In this document: positions 1-13,400 of the stretch, in pieces | Position numbering within the stretch: the stretch's first letter is position 1 | Layout: every line of letters starts with the position of its first letter | DNA from: Monocercomonoides exilis PA203 | Lineage: Eukaryota > Protista > Preaxostyla | DNA length: 64,000 bases | Reading direction: 5' to 3' | Assembly: GCA_001643675.2 (NCBI GenBank) | Contig: LSRY02000057.1 | Coordinates: 186,001-250,000, forward strand | Translations under genes and position numbers: made by a program | Notes under the pieces: generated by a model | Told to the model about the DNA's origin: nothing | The model's database searches: none | What the model saw: only the letters and a program-made list of their open reading frames with translations

Positions 1-3000
1 AATGATAAAGCCAAGAAAAAGAGCGAAGAAGATTCTTCTCCAAAAGATGAAAAAAGTGTTGACATAATGACAGATACCATTACTCAATCGGAACATCAGT
101 TTATTCTTGCATTTCCAGAAGCAATGTGGTATCTCTTTGATTCATTCACTTGTGATAGCTCAGTTAAAGTTTTAAAAACAACAACAAATCAGACAATTGC
201 AGCAAACAGAATAATTAATGGAGCGGAAGAGAAAATGACGGAAAGCTCTAATTATTTCCTTGACATGAAATTAAAAAATATATCAAGAACAAAAGAAGAA
301 CAGTTTCTGAGAAATCATCCAACAATCCATTACCGTTCACTTTCAAGCAAAAAATCTAATTCAAATGCTCAGTCTAAAAACGAAGATAGTCAAACAAAAA
401 TAGTCGAAGGTTGCAATTTAATGACTACAAATGAATCACAGTTTGAGAAGAATGACGAAGATTTGTATTTAGCAAACGGATATCTTCCTATTGTAACTTC
501 TCCTTCATTGTGGAATGAAGTGATAGAATGGATGGCAAAATTTCATTTCTTCTCAAAAAAATTTGGTGAAACGCATTCCATTCTGACGACTCCATTTGCC
601 ATCCCGTTGGATTTAAAGATAGATAAGAACGAATCTGGAATTCAATCTGATGAAACCAGTAGACAAAGCAATGCTGATGGCTTGTTAAACAAAAAATACA
701 ATGAATTGAGAGAAAGTACTAACCTGCAAATAGATATTGAACAAGATCCATCTGCACATTCTGATGATGATGCAGCTCAAAAGGGATCCAGTTTTATATT
801 AACTACATCGCCTTCTTCTCAACATGCGATTGCATTTAGTGCTCTTTCACCAGCTTCTGCATCGGCAAGTTTGCCTTCATCTCCAGTCCCAGAAAATATG
901 ACTTTGCAAAATAGCACTCAACCATCATTAACATGCCCTCTTCCTCTTTTGCCCGTAGAAGGTGATAGAATCACAACTCCTGCAAATTCATTGTTAAATA
1001 ACACAACAAATTCTGGTTCACCAAGCAATAATACATCTCCAAATGGTGCGACAGCATTACATTTAACCACGCCATCTACTCAATTACCGATCCAACAATT
1101 ATCACAGACGCAACAGAATCAACAATCACAGCCCCAAGTAATACTACCAACCCATCAAACGCCTCTGCCTTCTCTATCTCCAACGCCAACATTTTCAACT
1201 CGTACAACTCTTCTATCATCTTCTTCACTTCATATTCCTCGGACTGCACCTGTCATTCAAACACGCCCTCCACCTCCGCCAATTCGTCTGAGACATTCAG
1301 CTGCAAACAAGGCGCGACTAAACTCCACTGCAGCATCCACTCCAAATGGTAGTTTTGGAAGTGAGACAACTGGAGGATTGTCATCAGCTGGCTTTGGTTC
1401 AATAGGTTTCAGAAGTACATCACAGGGAGATGCTGATGTGCAGTTGCCCACACTTCCACTTCCTCCAGCATCTTCATTGAAGAAATTAAGCAATACTGAT
1501 CGTGATGACTTTATGAATAAAAACAGAAATAATATGCAGCAATCTAATTCTCAAGGAAATTTGATTGATCTTAGTGATTTTTATGATGAAGATGATTGCC
1601 CACTTTTCCCAGAAGCTGCTTTATCTCAGAATCATCTTCCAATTCAATCAACCGAAAGTCTACAGTTGATTGAAAACAAAAAGCACAACACAAGTGATAA
1701 TCAAACTGCATTGGTACAGAGACATTCTGTTGGTCAATTTGCAACGGATTATTGGATTCCAAGAGAATTGGATCCTCCACTCACTGTTTTTTCTTTCTAT
1801 TTCATTCATTGTCAGAGAACATGGTTTACTTTGTCGGAACTTGGCTTCTTGTTCGATCACTGCATCAAGGTGTTTATGAAGCATCTTCATTCTGCACTTC
1901 TTTTTGTTGCAGGAAGAAATTGCGAAGACTTTGCAACAAAAGATAAAGATAAAGATTCTTTTGAAGATCGAAAAAGACTTTCTCAAACAAAAGGTTCTAA
2001 TGAAACAGATTTGAAAGCACTTAACAAACAGAAAAATCAGGATATAGCTTTAGCTTTAGAATCAACTGACTCCTTAATTCCGGGAGATAAAACAGATGAG
2101 GAAGTTAAAAGTTTTCATTCTTATTACGGTACACGTAATATCTACTCTCCAAAAGGAACCCACTCATCTGCACTTTCTGAATCATTTACTCGCAAATCTC
2201 TAAAGTCTGCGTTGTCATCATTCTCGCCAAAGCAACATAGTCTCAGAACTTCATCTAATAACACCCTTAAAAGGCACTTTAATGAATCTCATATGCACTT
2301 TTCGCATTTGGATGATGGTGATGAACTTTCAGACGAGTTTAGTGAAGGAGACCAGAGTCATGAAAGCATTGAGAATGATTCGTTTTCTTTTGATTTTAGC
2401 GAAAGTGGAGAAAAAAATACTCACAGTCTATTCACTTCACAAGAAAGCGAATCATCAGATGAATCTGCAGACGATGAAGATGAAGAATCATCAGAAGATG
2501 ACAAAGATGACGAAGATAAGCAAATTGTTGGCAAGTTTTGGGAAATTATTTCTCCTCTTTTGAAAAAATTAGATGTAACTCTCAACATTCCATCAGAAAA
2601 AACTGCTTTTGCTTCTCCCCAGATTGAACTTATCCAACAACGCCATCCATTTCTTTTATATTTCCCAAAACTTCTTTCATCTTCAGAGTTTTATTGTAAT
2701 CTGTTTTTCAGGACACTTAAAATTCTTCCAAATATCAGACGCTCGGCGTTGATACAGCCTCTAAGAATTGCACATTCTTTGTGTCTTTATTTATCACGCA
2801 TGCTCTCCCCTTTCCAGGTTTGCTTTTTTTTTTTTGCTTTATAAATATTGTAAGCATTAACTTTTCATGATACAGGGAATGATTATTCGCAGCGTTCTTG
2901 TCGACACATTATTAATCATATCTGATTTGAATCCAAATGATCCCCATGAACTTCTTGATCTGAAATCTCTTCGATTTGGCATTGTTGACAACATTGACGC

Positions 3001-3043
3001 AATGAAAACACTTCTCTGGCTATTAAATGAGACATTTATTTGA
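1..3043 (+). CDS. Hypothetical protein, 5'-partial, low-complexity S/P/T/Q-rich and acidic; exons <1-2817 and 2876-3043
   Basis: Frame 1 is open from base 1. A GT..AG intron at 2818-2875 (CAG|GTTTGC ... TACAG|GGA) joins in frame to a 56-codon last exon ending TGA at 3041-3043. No domain recognised. Confidence 0.75.
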
Positions 3044-3625
3044 GAATTTTATACTTATTTTTTAAGTTTTGTTTTTATGGAGAAATTTGAAGCAACACAT
3101 AAATAATACAGGTCTGAATATTTTGAAATTTACGTGCTGCAAATGAAAAGGTTCTCGAAAGAATTCAAGAAAGTTAGCTAATTTCAATTGTTAATAAAGA
3201 TGAATAAATTTGCATAATTCTACTGGACAGTCTTTTACAAATTTCTCTTTCTGTATCTGTCTATCAATCTATCTCTCCTACACTTCCTCTCCTGCTATCT
3301 TTTCATGCAAGCTTGCCTCATTCAATCTATCTATCTATTAGTCTCAAAAAAAGTGAATTCAGTTTATAATCCCGAGCATTTATTGAAAAGAGATCAATAT
3401 TTTTTGTAATGAAAGGTATTAATAGAGAAGATATTATGTAATAAAAGGGACAAATATCAGGGACACTTGACTCAGTTTGATACTTGTGTGGTTTGCTTAA
3501 AAATAGAAATTTTCTCGTAACTGGTACTTTTTTGTTTTTTCAAACAAAAAATTGCTCATTAATTTATTCACCTTCAAATAGAAAATAATCTTCTAAAAAG
3601 ACATTTCGAAAAGGGTTTTGAGTTA

Positions 3626-4593
3626 GGGTCAAAAATTTATCGGTGCCCAAAAAATTAATCGGGGCCTAAATTTTCTGGCTCTCCAGAGCACTTTTAGAAA
3701 AAAATAAATAATAGAAAATTTTAAACATATTATAATTAGCTATTCCTGAAAATATTTTTTAATTTTATTGATTTTTGAAGGCAAATCTCGAGTTTTTTGT
3801 TTTATTTTTCAGATCAAAGACATGCTCATATTTCAACGAGCTTTTTGTTTTGAATGTTTTGAGTTATTTCATTGTTAATAAACTGAACTTTTTTATGTTT
3901 TTGGTTATTTTTTGTTATTAAACACTTCGTTTTTTTATTATTTTTTCCATTTCACTAAATTTCAACAAATGGAAGATTTTGTAGTGATTATTGAGTTGCT
4001 TTGTTTTTTAATTGTTCAAAAATAGTTGAAAAAAGGATTGAAATGATCATCACAAAAATTTTGAAAAAAAACAATATGATTTCAAGCAAAAAACACAAAA
4101 ATGAACAAAAACAATTTTTTAGTATTATAATCACGATCACATTAATATAAAGATTTTCTTCCTTTTGCATATCTTTATTTGTTGATAATTAATATTTTTT
4201 TCACTTTTAAATTAATGAAAAAACATATTTATTCAAATGCATTCTTCAATTTGTTGAAATTTAGTGAAATGGAAAAAATAATAAAAAAACGAAGTGTTTA
4301 ATAACAAAAAATAACCAAAAACATAAAAAAGTTCAGTTTATTAACAATGAAATAACTCAAAACATTCAAAACAAAAAGCTCGTTGAAATATGAGCATGTC
4401 TTTGATCTGAAAAATAAAACAAAAAACTCGAGATTTGCCTTCAAAAATCAATAAAATTAAAAAATATTTTCAGGAATAGCTAATTATAATATGTTTAAAA
4501 TTTTCTATTATTTATTTTTTTCTAAAAGTGCTCTGGAGAGCCAGAAAATTTAGGCCCCGATTAATTTTTTGGGCACCGATAAATTTTTGACCC
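3626..4593. mobile_element. Non-autonomous foldback/MITE element with 345-bp TIRs, TA flanks
   Basis: 3626-3970 is the reverse complement of 4249-4593 (GGGTCAAAAATTTATCGGTGCCC...GGGCACCGATAAATTTTTGACCC). TA lies at 3624-3625 and 4594-4595. The 278-bp core is non-coding. Confidence 0.9.
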
Positions 4594-4955
4594 TATCATT
4601 TAACTCCAACACATTTTTTTTATCTGACCCAAATTTTTGAAGTGAAGAAAAGGAAAAAAGGGGCAAAATTATTGCAATTATGAAAAAACTGAGAATTGTT
4701 CCAAACTTTTTCAACAATCATTTCATCATAAATCAACAGGAACAATGTAATTAATATCAGAAAAATTCAAAAATTGAGAAAAATATTTGTAAGAGAAGAA
4801 TGGAACAAAATTCATAAAGCTAAAAATATTGCCCCAAATTTGAAAAAAATCAAAATTATAGATTTGTTAAAATTTAAACAAAATAAAAGAAACAATGTTC
4901 AGAACTTTCTTTTTAGTTTAGTCAAATATGTTCATTCTTTTGTTCAAAAATATTT

Positions 4956-5201
4956 ATATGGGTGATTCTTTTTGAAAAGTCACAAATGTTTAATTTACAA
5001 ATAAATCAAAAATTTCATATCTTGATCAAATTTCGGTTCCAGTTCACAAATCTCCTCAAGAATGTTTGATATGGCATTTTCAAGTGATAGATTCCATCTG
5101 AGTTAAGTTTGATATTTGTTAACAAAATATATAGCAAAATATTAGGCTTTTTATATGTTTGAAAATTAAACATTTATGACTTCAAAAAGAATCACCCATA
5201 T
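4956..5201. mobile_element. MITE (~245 bp) with ~40-bp imperfect TIRs
   Basis: ATATGGGTGATTCTTTTTGAAAAGTCACAAATGTTTAATTT at 4956 is mirrored by AAATTAAACATTTATGACTTCAAAAAGAATCACCCATAT ending 5201. The interior resembles 37540-37660. Confidence 0.8.
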
Positions 5202-5664
5202 CTGTGTAACGAAAAATAAATAATGGGAATAAGGCTACTTTAAAAGTACATGTAATAGTGATAATTCGCTTATGAAAAGGCTAAATGGTTTTTAGTGAGC
5301 TTTCATCAACACTCTTTGGTGATTATTATATTTTTTATTTATCATTAAACCTTTTTTAGTGTTAACGTACTCAAAAACTACTTTCACCTAATTGAAATTT
5401 TATTAATTTTTTTGAAAAATTCATTAAATAACAATAAAACGGCATTTTTAGGTTTTTGAATTTGAATATTTTTGCTATTTGCAATTGTTTGGGTTGGCAA
5501 AAACAAGATAAAAACATTGGAATGAGATTTGAAAAAAGTACAATGAAGCTATGATGAGAATAAAAACCACTCAGTCATTTTTGATTTTGATCAATAAGTT
5601 ATTATTTGACTTATTCATTCATAATATAACAACGTTGCATTTTTTTTTAGCTATTTGTTCATGG

Positions 5665-7003
5665 GGCAAGTGGAGTAGATCCTGGTACCAATTTGATCAT
5701 TTTACATAAAGAAAAATAAAAATATGATAATTTTAATTGTTTTTGTTATTGTTTCACTAATTTATATTCGAAATGTCAAAAAAGATTGAACGGGAAAACT
5801 ATTCAATTGATTCCGTCCATTCGGTTGAATTTTCGCCATCGCTCACACTTGGAGAATCAGATTGCATAGTTATTGTTCTTTCATCGGTGTCTGAATCCAT
5901 TGAAACTGTCTCATCTTCTGATTCTTCCAGGTTTGTGAATTTTTCTAATTCTTCTATGTATTCTGATTCTCTATATTTAACAAAGTTGCTGATAAGTTGA
6001 TCAAAAGATATTTCATAATGTCTCAAATATATTGAAGACCAAATATATTCCTCTAAGTCTTGGTATCGCTCTCCGGTTTTCGGCATTGAACGGCGAAGGT
6101 GTGACCACGCTCCTTCTATTAAATTTGTTGTTTCACCATCTTCATTTTTGTATCCTTCAGAATGATTAACAACCAAATGAATGAAGCCAAATTGGTTCAG
6201 TGTTCTTTACGCGCCCCAGTCATCAGACACAATTGTTGTTCCAGGTTTTATTATAGAACAAATGAGTGGAATGAGAATATTTTTTGTTCTATTTTTAACA
6301 AAATGAGCAACCATTCTGTGTTTTCCATCGGTCTTTTTTCTTTCGATCGCGCCAAACAGTCAAATCGACTTTTTTTGTTTCCACAATAATTAGAAAAAAA
6401 AATTAACAAAAAATTGTATTAAATCATCATGAAACCTCGATTATATTTTCTTCTGCGCCAAAATGATTCGTCAATTTCAACAACCTCGCCAATTCCCCCT
6501 ATTGGTTGCTGATTTCGGAGAAAGATGGTAGATAATGTCCTTCTTATTGCTGAATAATAAATTGTTACAGTATGCCTATCTATTCCATTCATCAAAGACG
6601 TTTGATGAACCTCTAAATGGCACCAATAACTTAATAGAATCAACACGATATGATTTATTTTTAACTTTGAATCTTCAAAAACTGTGTTTTTTCGGATGGA
6701 CCATCGTTTCTTTCAAAATGAATATTTAAATCGACTATGAATTTCATCCACTTTCAATACATACACATTGGAACCATCATCAGGGCATTTTCTAAAAGAA
6801 TCCATTTTCACAGACGAAAACAACCATTCCAATGTTTCTTTTTCGCTTGTAAACATTTTCAGAAATTGTGGAATACTTATTTTAGTCATAATCGTGACTT
6901 GCTGATATTGAGCTATGTGAGTTGCTTTAGTGGAAAATATTTTGAATATTTTTAAAAAATTTTGGGACATGATCATATGGTACCAGGATCTACTCCACTT
7001 GCC
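5665..7003 (-). mobile_element. Merlin/IS1595(ISXO2)-like DNA transposon, 1339 bp
   Basis: Perfect 26-bp TIR GGCAAGTGGAGTAGATCCTGGTACCA (5665-5690 and 6978-7003). 9-bp TSD TGTTCATGG (5656-5664 and 7004-7012). Internal ISXO2-type transposase remnants. Confidence 0.93.
5799..6976 (-). pseudogene. Merlin/ISXO2 DDE transposase pseudogene
   Basis: Motifs VVEIDES.WRRRKYNRG, I*LFGAIER, VSDDWGA*, HLVVNHS and TNLIEGAWSHLRR are present, plus an acidic tail. It has in-frame stops at conserved W and Y positions and frameshifts. Confidence 0.88.
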
Positions 7004-7204
7004 TGTTCATGGATTAAATGAAAAAAATTTGGTACCCTAAAAGAAACCTCTTGCCAAATAATGAAAAAGAAATCATAAAAATTAATCTGTTTTTATAAGC
7101 AAAATTTTCAGCTTAAAAAATATGGTTCGATCGATACCCAAATTTACCAATTCGTTTCATTGAATGGAAAAAGAAAAGAAAAACAAAAAATTGTATATGA
7201 TAAC

Positions 7205-7453
7205 GTCAAATGGAGAAGATACGTGTACCATATGATCATTGCACTTATTTGTAAGAAATTATTTATTAATTTTTATTGAGTTTATAAGGTTTCAGAGTGT
7301 TGACGAATAAAACAAATTCATATAGAATTTTGTGATGGTTTAGTATTTTACCCAGAAAATTGGTGTTAAGGTTAACCATAGAAGAGATTTTCAAATAAAA
7401 ATAATTAAAATTGTGGGTGGGATCTCATTGGTACCAGTATCAACTCCATTTGC
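7205..7453. mobile_element. 249-bp non-autonomous Merlin-type MITE
   Basis: The left end GTCAAATGGAGAAGATACGTGTACCA and the right end (revcomp GCAAATGGAGTTGATACTGGTACCA) are degenerate versions of the adjacent Merlin TIR. There is a perfect 9-bp TSD TATGATAAC at 7196-7204 and 7454-7462. Confidence 0.85.
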
Positions 7454-7454
7454 T

Positions 7455-10400
7455 ATGATAACTCATATTGAATTTGTTTCGTTCGCTTTGATGCTCCTTT
7501 TTGATGATTCCTTGAATGTACAATCTATTTTGTCAACATTCATTGAAAAAAACGATGAATCAAAAAGAGTTGATGAGTTGGTAAACATCAACATTGGGAG
7601 CAGGAAAAGCACAATCGAAGGATCAATCATTTTCTCGAATTCAACATGTGGATTGGAAAACATCAGAATTGTGCAGAAAGGAGATGGAAGTGCCGTCTGC
7701 TGCATTTTCTCATCGAATGTTGTTGGCACCAAGATTGAGATTGTTGACAGAAGCAGCCACAATGAACATCCATTCCTTGTTGAGAATTCTTGCCTTCACT
7801 TGATGAATGCCACACTGATTGTTGACAACATAGAGATCAGTTCGCCTTCTCTTGTTGGCTCTCCGAAAGAGCATGAGTTCAGATATTCCAAAAGAACATC
7901 ATCATCTGGAATGCTGATTGTTGAGCACTCAATGTTTTTATCAATCTCAGTTTCGTCCCCGCCATTTCTTTCATCACCATCACTAGCCGAGGTTAATGTG
8001 GGAAATTCCATATTCTGCAACATTTCTTTTTGCAAACATCATATCCTTCCCAGTGCCTATAGATTTCACAGATTGCAAACACGAGGTAATAGTTGCTCTT
8101 TTGTGTCTGTGCATGATGCATTTGATGGAGGTGTATTTGAGTCAGTCAATGCCCCAGGTGCTTCATTCCAATCGTTCAACAACTCATTCATGAACTGTGC
8201 CAAAACATCATTTTCTGGGAACAACAACATGGAGAGAAAGACTTTTGATGGTGGATCACACTCATTCTCAAACTGTGAATGGCATAATGTTTCATCAGCG
8301 TTGAACTCAGAAAGTTCAGAGGATTGGGACTTATCTGTTTGTGGAGGTGCCATTGGCATTCATGGAAACTCAGAAACAGTTGTTGTTATTGACAGTTGCA
8401 TCTTCGACAATTGCACATGCTGCAGATATGGTGGAGCTGTTATGGTGTATCCAGGAAAAAGTGTATTAATAAATAATTCCATGGGAATAAATTGCACTGG
8501 ATATCTTGGATCATTCGCAATGCTTTGTATTTTGATTCAAGTTGAAATGAAATATTCATATTTGATAGATTGCTCCAGTAGTCAAGATGGAGCCATGCGT
8601 ATTCAAGAGTATAATTTTGGACAATCAGATGAAATGAATGAAATCCCAGTTATCAGAAATTGTGAATTCACAAGTGAAAAGTCATCAGCCCGAAATGGGT
8701 GCTTTATATTGCTTCATAATTCCATTCATTCCTCTTCCATTCATGAATGCATGTTTTTCAATGGAACATCTTCAGAAGCAGGAGGAGCATTGACCATATA
8801 CTGGCGGGATGCATATGGAACGATTTCAGAAAAGCCATGGTTGTATTTCTGTTTCTTCCACAACAACACAGCAGGGAATGGAAATGGAGATGATGTGTCA
8901 ATACTGGACTCGTTTTCATATGTGCCAGAGACCACAGCACTGAGTGTGTCGTCATTCACAACGAAGACAAGTGGAAGCAGTGTATTGCACTCTCGATTTG
9001 GAACAAAGAACGAGTGGCTGAGTGTGGGGATTCTGAGGAGATATGTGGATGTTGAGGGAAGAGAAGAGGTTGGATGTGGGATATACGAGTGGGATGGGTG
9101 CAAGACAGTGGAATATGCAGTGGATCAGGCAGGCTCAGTTGGGGAGCAGCGGCTGCAGCTGGTGGAGTGCACATTCAGGATTGCAAGAACGGTGGAGGTG
9201 GGGGAAAGACGATTGTGATGAATGGGCTTGGGTGCAGCGGGACGATAGTGAAATCGGAGCTGATGGGAGGGTCATCTGCAATGGTGAGGATCGGGGATGG
9301 GGCATTGAGTGCCGCCTCGATGAAGATACTGCACACATCCAGGGTGTCACCATCACCGCGGCTGTTTGAGATGACTTCGGCATCAGGCACTCTCTCGCTG
9401 TGTTGCATCACAATCAGCTCGCAGGATGTGGGAACAGCAGACTTGGTGGTGAGCACATCACCCTTTTTGATATATCTGTCTCAGATGCGAATGGAAAGCA
9501 CAAGGGTTGAGAACATGGCGCTGTCAGCTGAGGTGTTCAGCGAGAAAGAGCCATCTGACACTGGGGCATCGAGCTTGGCGAATGCGACGCTGGAGAACAT
9601 CACGCGCACAGATGGAGATGGGGCTGTTCTCTCTGTCAGTGTGGGCAGAGGGCGTGAGGTTGGCGTGGAAAACACAACGCTGAAGAACTGTGTGTGCACA
9701 GGTGGGAACGGGGAGGTGTATTTGTTTCGCTGGAGTCTGGAGGCCATGTGAGGATAGGGAGGCAATTCGGAAGTGGGGTTTGATGGGTGCTGTGTTCCGT
9801 TGGAAGAGGCCGCGAAAAGGAAAGGAGGAGGGGTGTATCTTCTGTGCTCGGGAAGTGATTGGGAGTTCAGTGTAAAAAAGTGCACATTCAAGGAGTGCAA
9901 GGCCTGGAAAGGGAGGAACATGTTTGTGGCAGCACCAGACTTGTCGACGGCTGTGAACAGCGGCTCAATCGGATTCAATCTAGAGACCGGTGTCAATAGA
10001 GCAGACTTTGATGAGCTGAGTGGGATGGAGAGCAGCAATGCAGGGCTGATTGTCCCACTGGTTCTGTTTCTGCGGGAGTTCCAGCCACCTGCATATGTGG
10101 GTGGGAAAACAGTGGGGATGGACTTCAGGCTGTGTGGATTTGCAGACTACATGTGCAAAACGATCGGAAGCGCTGGGACATATCGGTTCCCGAACTCGAA
10201 GCGGATATTGAGGCTGGCAGAGACATTTGTGTTTGATGAGGAGACGATGCTGGACAAAGGGCCGTATGAGGTGGATGCGAGCAGCAAAAGCAAGGGAGTG
10301 AAAGTGGAGGCAGCAGGACCGAAAGTGCAGGATGCATTGGTGATGAGCAGTGTCACAGCCACATTCACTAACATCAGCTTTGAGCTGGGGGCTTCGATCG

Positions 10401-13400
10401 GCGGCCGCTCGACATTTGCATATTCATCGGCAGGCGATGTGAAATTCATCGACTGTGCGATTGAAGGGGCCAGGGGTGGGAGTGGGGTGGAATACGGGTT
10501 TGTGAGTGTGAGTGGAGGGAGTGTGCAGATGCTGAGGGTGAGCTGCGGAGGCGAGAGAGAAGTGACGTTTGGAAGTTTTGTGGTGCTTGTGAATGAAAGC
10601 GGGACCTGCGCCATCGACCAGATGACAATGAACCAGATGAGAGTCAGCGAGGGCAGAAGTGGGAGCCAAGGGATCATTGAACTGGCAACAAGCAGCCCAA
10701 CCACAATCCACAACAGCACTTTTGCGAATGCTGTACTGGGGTCGGGGGGGCTGATCCATTTTGCAGAGGGATCATCGCTGAAGATGGAAAACACATCGTT
10801 CACGAGCATTGGCAGGAGTGGTGGAGACGGGGCATGCCTGGAGCTGGATGAAGCGTGTGGGAGGAAGCAGAGTGTGTGGATAGAGAACTGCTCATTCAGC
10901 GCCTGCAAAGTGGATGGAGACGGAAGCTGTGGAGGAGGAGTATATGCTATGCTGGATGTGCCGTGTGAGCTTCATGTATCGTCGACACAGTTTGAAGGAT
11001 GTCAGGCACCCTCAGAAGGCGGGACAAACGGGAAAGGTGGGGGTTTGCTGTTGAATGTGCTGGATGCAGCTGTGCTGTTTGATCTGTCAGCAACCCTTGC
11101 ATTTGAGGCAAACCAAGCAGAATACGGAGCTGACCTATTTGTGGCATCTCCTGACCTGAAAGCAAGTGTCATAAAAGAGCATATCCTGTTTGCAATTCCG
11201 TTGACAGGAAGCACAAGAGCAGCAATGGGAGTGGATTCGAAGTGGAGCGATCTGATGATTCCGCTGATGTATTATCTGTGTGATGATCTACCATGCGTGC
11301 ACATGGGGAACGACGGGCATGATGTGGTTGTGTGTGGGCATGAGCAGTTTCGATGCAAGTGTGTGGACTATGCTGTGAGGAGTGTGATCGGGAAACAGCA
11401 TGCTCTGGCGTTTGGCGACTCGTATCTGTTTGAAAAGAGTGTATCGCTGAGTGCAAGTAAGGGATACGACTTCTGTGGGGCAGCTTCGAAGACACGAATG
11501 GAGATGGTTGGGAATGAATCGAGCGGGACATGCATGATTGGGATTGGCTCATATGTGAGGTTTTATCAGTTCTTGTGTGTCCTTCCAGCAGCACTGCCAC
11601 TGGCGCAATCAAGCATATTTTTGGTGAGCGGAGACAGAAGTGAGCTTTGGATCGAAGACTGCTCAGCTGTGTGCGGCTCATCTGCTGGCAGATGCAAGTG
11701 TTCGTTTGTGAGTCAGAGCAGTGGGTATCTATCGATCACTGGGTTCAGCATCGAGTCTGTTGAGTTTGAGGGGATTTCGTTCATCAGCTCGAACGGCAAT
11801 GTGGCGAGCATTCTTGACTCAATAAACATGAACAATGTTCGGATCACAGATGCATACGGGCTTGTTGTGTACACATCAGAGGGTCCGTTCACAGCTGTGA
11901 ACATGAGTGTGAAGCACTGCAGCAATTCTGGGGGAGGGGTTGCGTGGGATCGGGAAGGAGGGCTGCTGGAAATGAAGAACAGCACATTTGAGGGGATCAT
12001 GCAGGCAGATGGGAATGGGAGTGTGGTGAATGGGGTTGTTGGGAGCGGAAAGGAGATGAGAATGAGTGATGTTTGGATAGAGGGTTGTGGAACAGCAAAG
12101 GGGTGTGGCGGAGGAATGAATGTGGTTGTGGGAGGAACAGGGAAGGTGAGGATTGGGGGTGGGGATGATGTGACATTTGTTGGAGGATGCAGGGCAGGTG
12201 GAGAAGGGCGTGTTGGAGGCTATGGAGGGGGACTTCTGTTGCGATGTGAGGAAGGGGGAGGAGATTTTGGGATAATTGATGTGACATTTGGGGTGGATGG
12301 CTCTGCAAACGATGCCATGAATGGCGGGAGCAATGTGATGGCGGAGTGCAAGAATCTGTCGGAAGTGGTGAGTGAGGTTTCGTTTAATTTCTCATTTGTG
12401 AAAGATGTTGGGGACAATCCGAATTTGAGCGAGCTGATGGGGATCGAGAACGGAAGGGTTTCAGAGGTGATCCCCATTGTGCCTTTCTTTCGGGAAAAGC
12501 CGAGTGTGGGGTATGTGTATGGGGAAAATGGCGGGATGGACTATCCGAGCTGCGGGTATTCCGACTTTCCATGCTCTTCAGTGCCTTATGCAGGAGCAGC
12601 GGTGTTTGGGGCTAGAGCACCAGCAGTATTGCGGCTGATGAGCACTTTCACGATTCACAAAGAAATGACACTGGATGCGCAGCCAATGGTTATTGACGGA
12701 GAAGTGGAAATGGAACGTATTGTGGTGAGAGAAGAAAGCGATGGAGAAGAAGGAGAAGTTGGAGGAGGAGCGAAAGAATGCTTTGTCGAGACGAAGGAGA
12801 AAATCACATTCCACTCTCTGATGTTTTGTGCTTGGTCGTTTGAGGGATCAGCCCGAACATGTCTGTTCATGTGCAGCGATGGTGTTCTGAGATTTGAAGG
12901 ATGCTCGTTTTGCACAGAGGCAGGAGCATTATATATGTGTGTGGAATGTTTGAAGGGGAAAGGAGGAAAAATGGAGCTTGTGAAGTGCAGATTTGAAGAA
13001 GTGACAATGAGAGGATGTGGGCTAATTGTTGCTGATGGGAGCGAAGTTGAAGTGGAATTTGAGGAGGTGACGATTCGAAACACGGGGAGAGAAGACGAAG
13101 GGAGTGTGTTGGAGATGAGAAGAGGAAATGCTGTGAGCATTAGAAACACGACAATAAAGGAGACGAATTTTGGGAATGGGAACGAGATTGGCGTCTTGGA
13201 GGAAATGGGGTTGGAGATGAGGAACGGCACATTGTGCGAGGTGAGAAGATACGAAGGGAATGGAGGAGTGATGAGTGGGAAAGTGGGGAGTGGGAGAGCG
13301 TGGGAGATTGAGAACTGTGTGTTTGAGAGGTGTGAGAGCGAAGCAGATTACACATTTGGAGGAGGGATAATGGTGAGTGTGGGGGATGGGGGGAAGTTCG

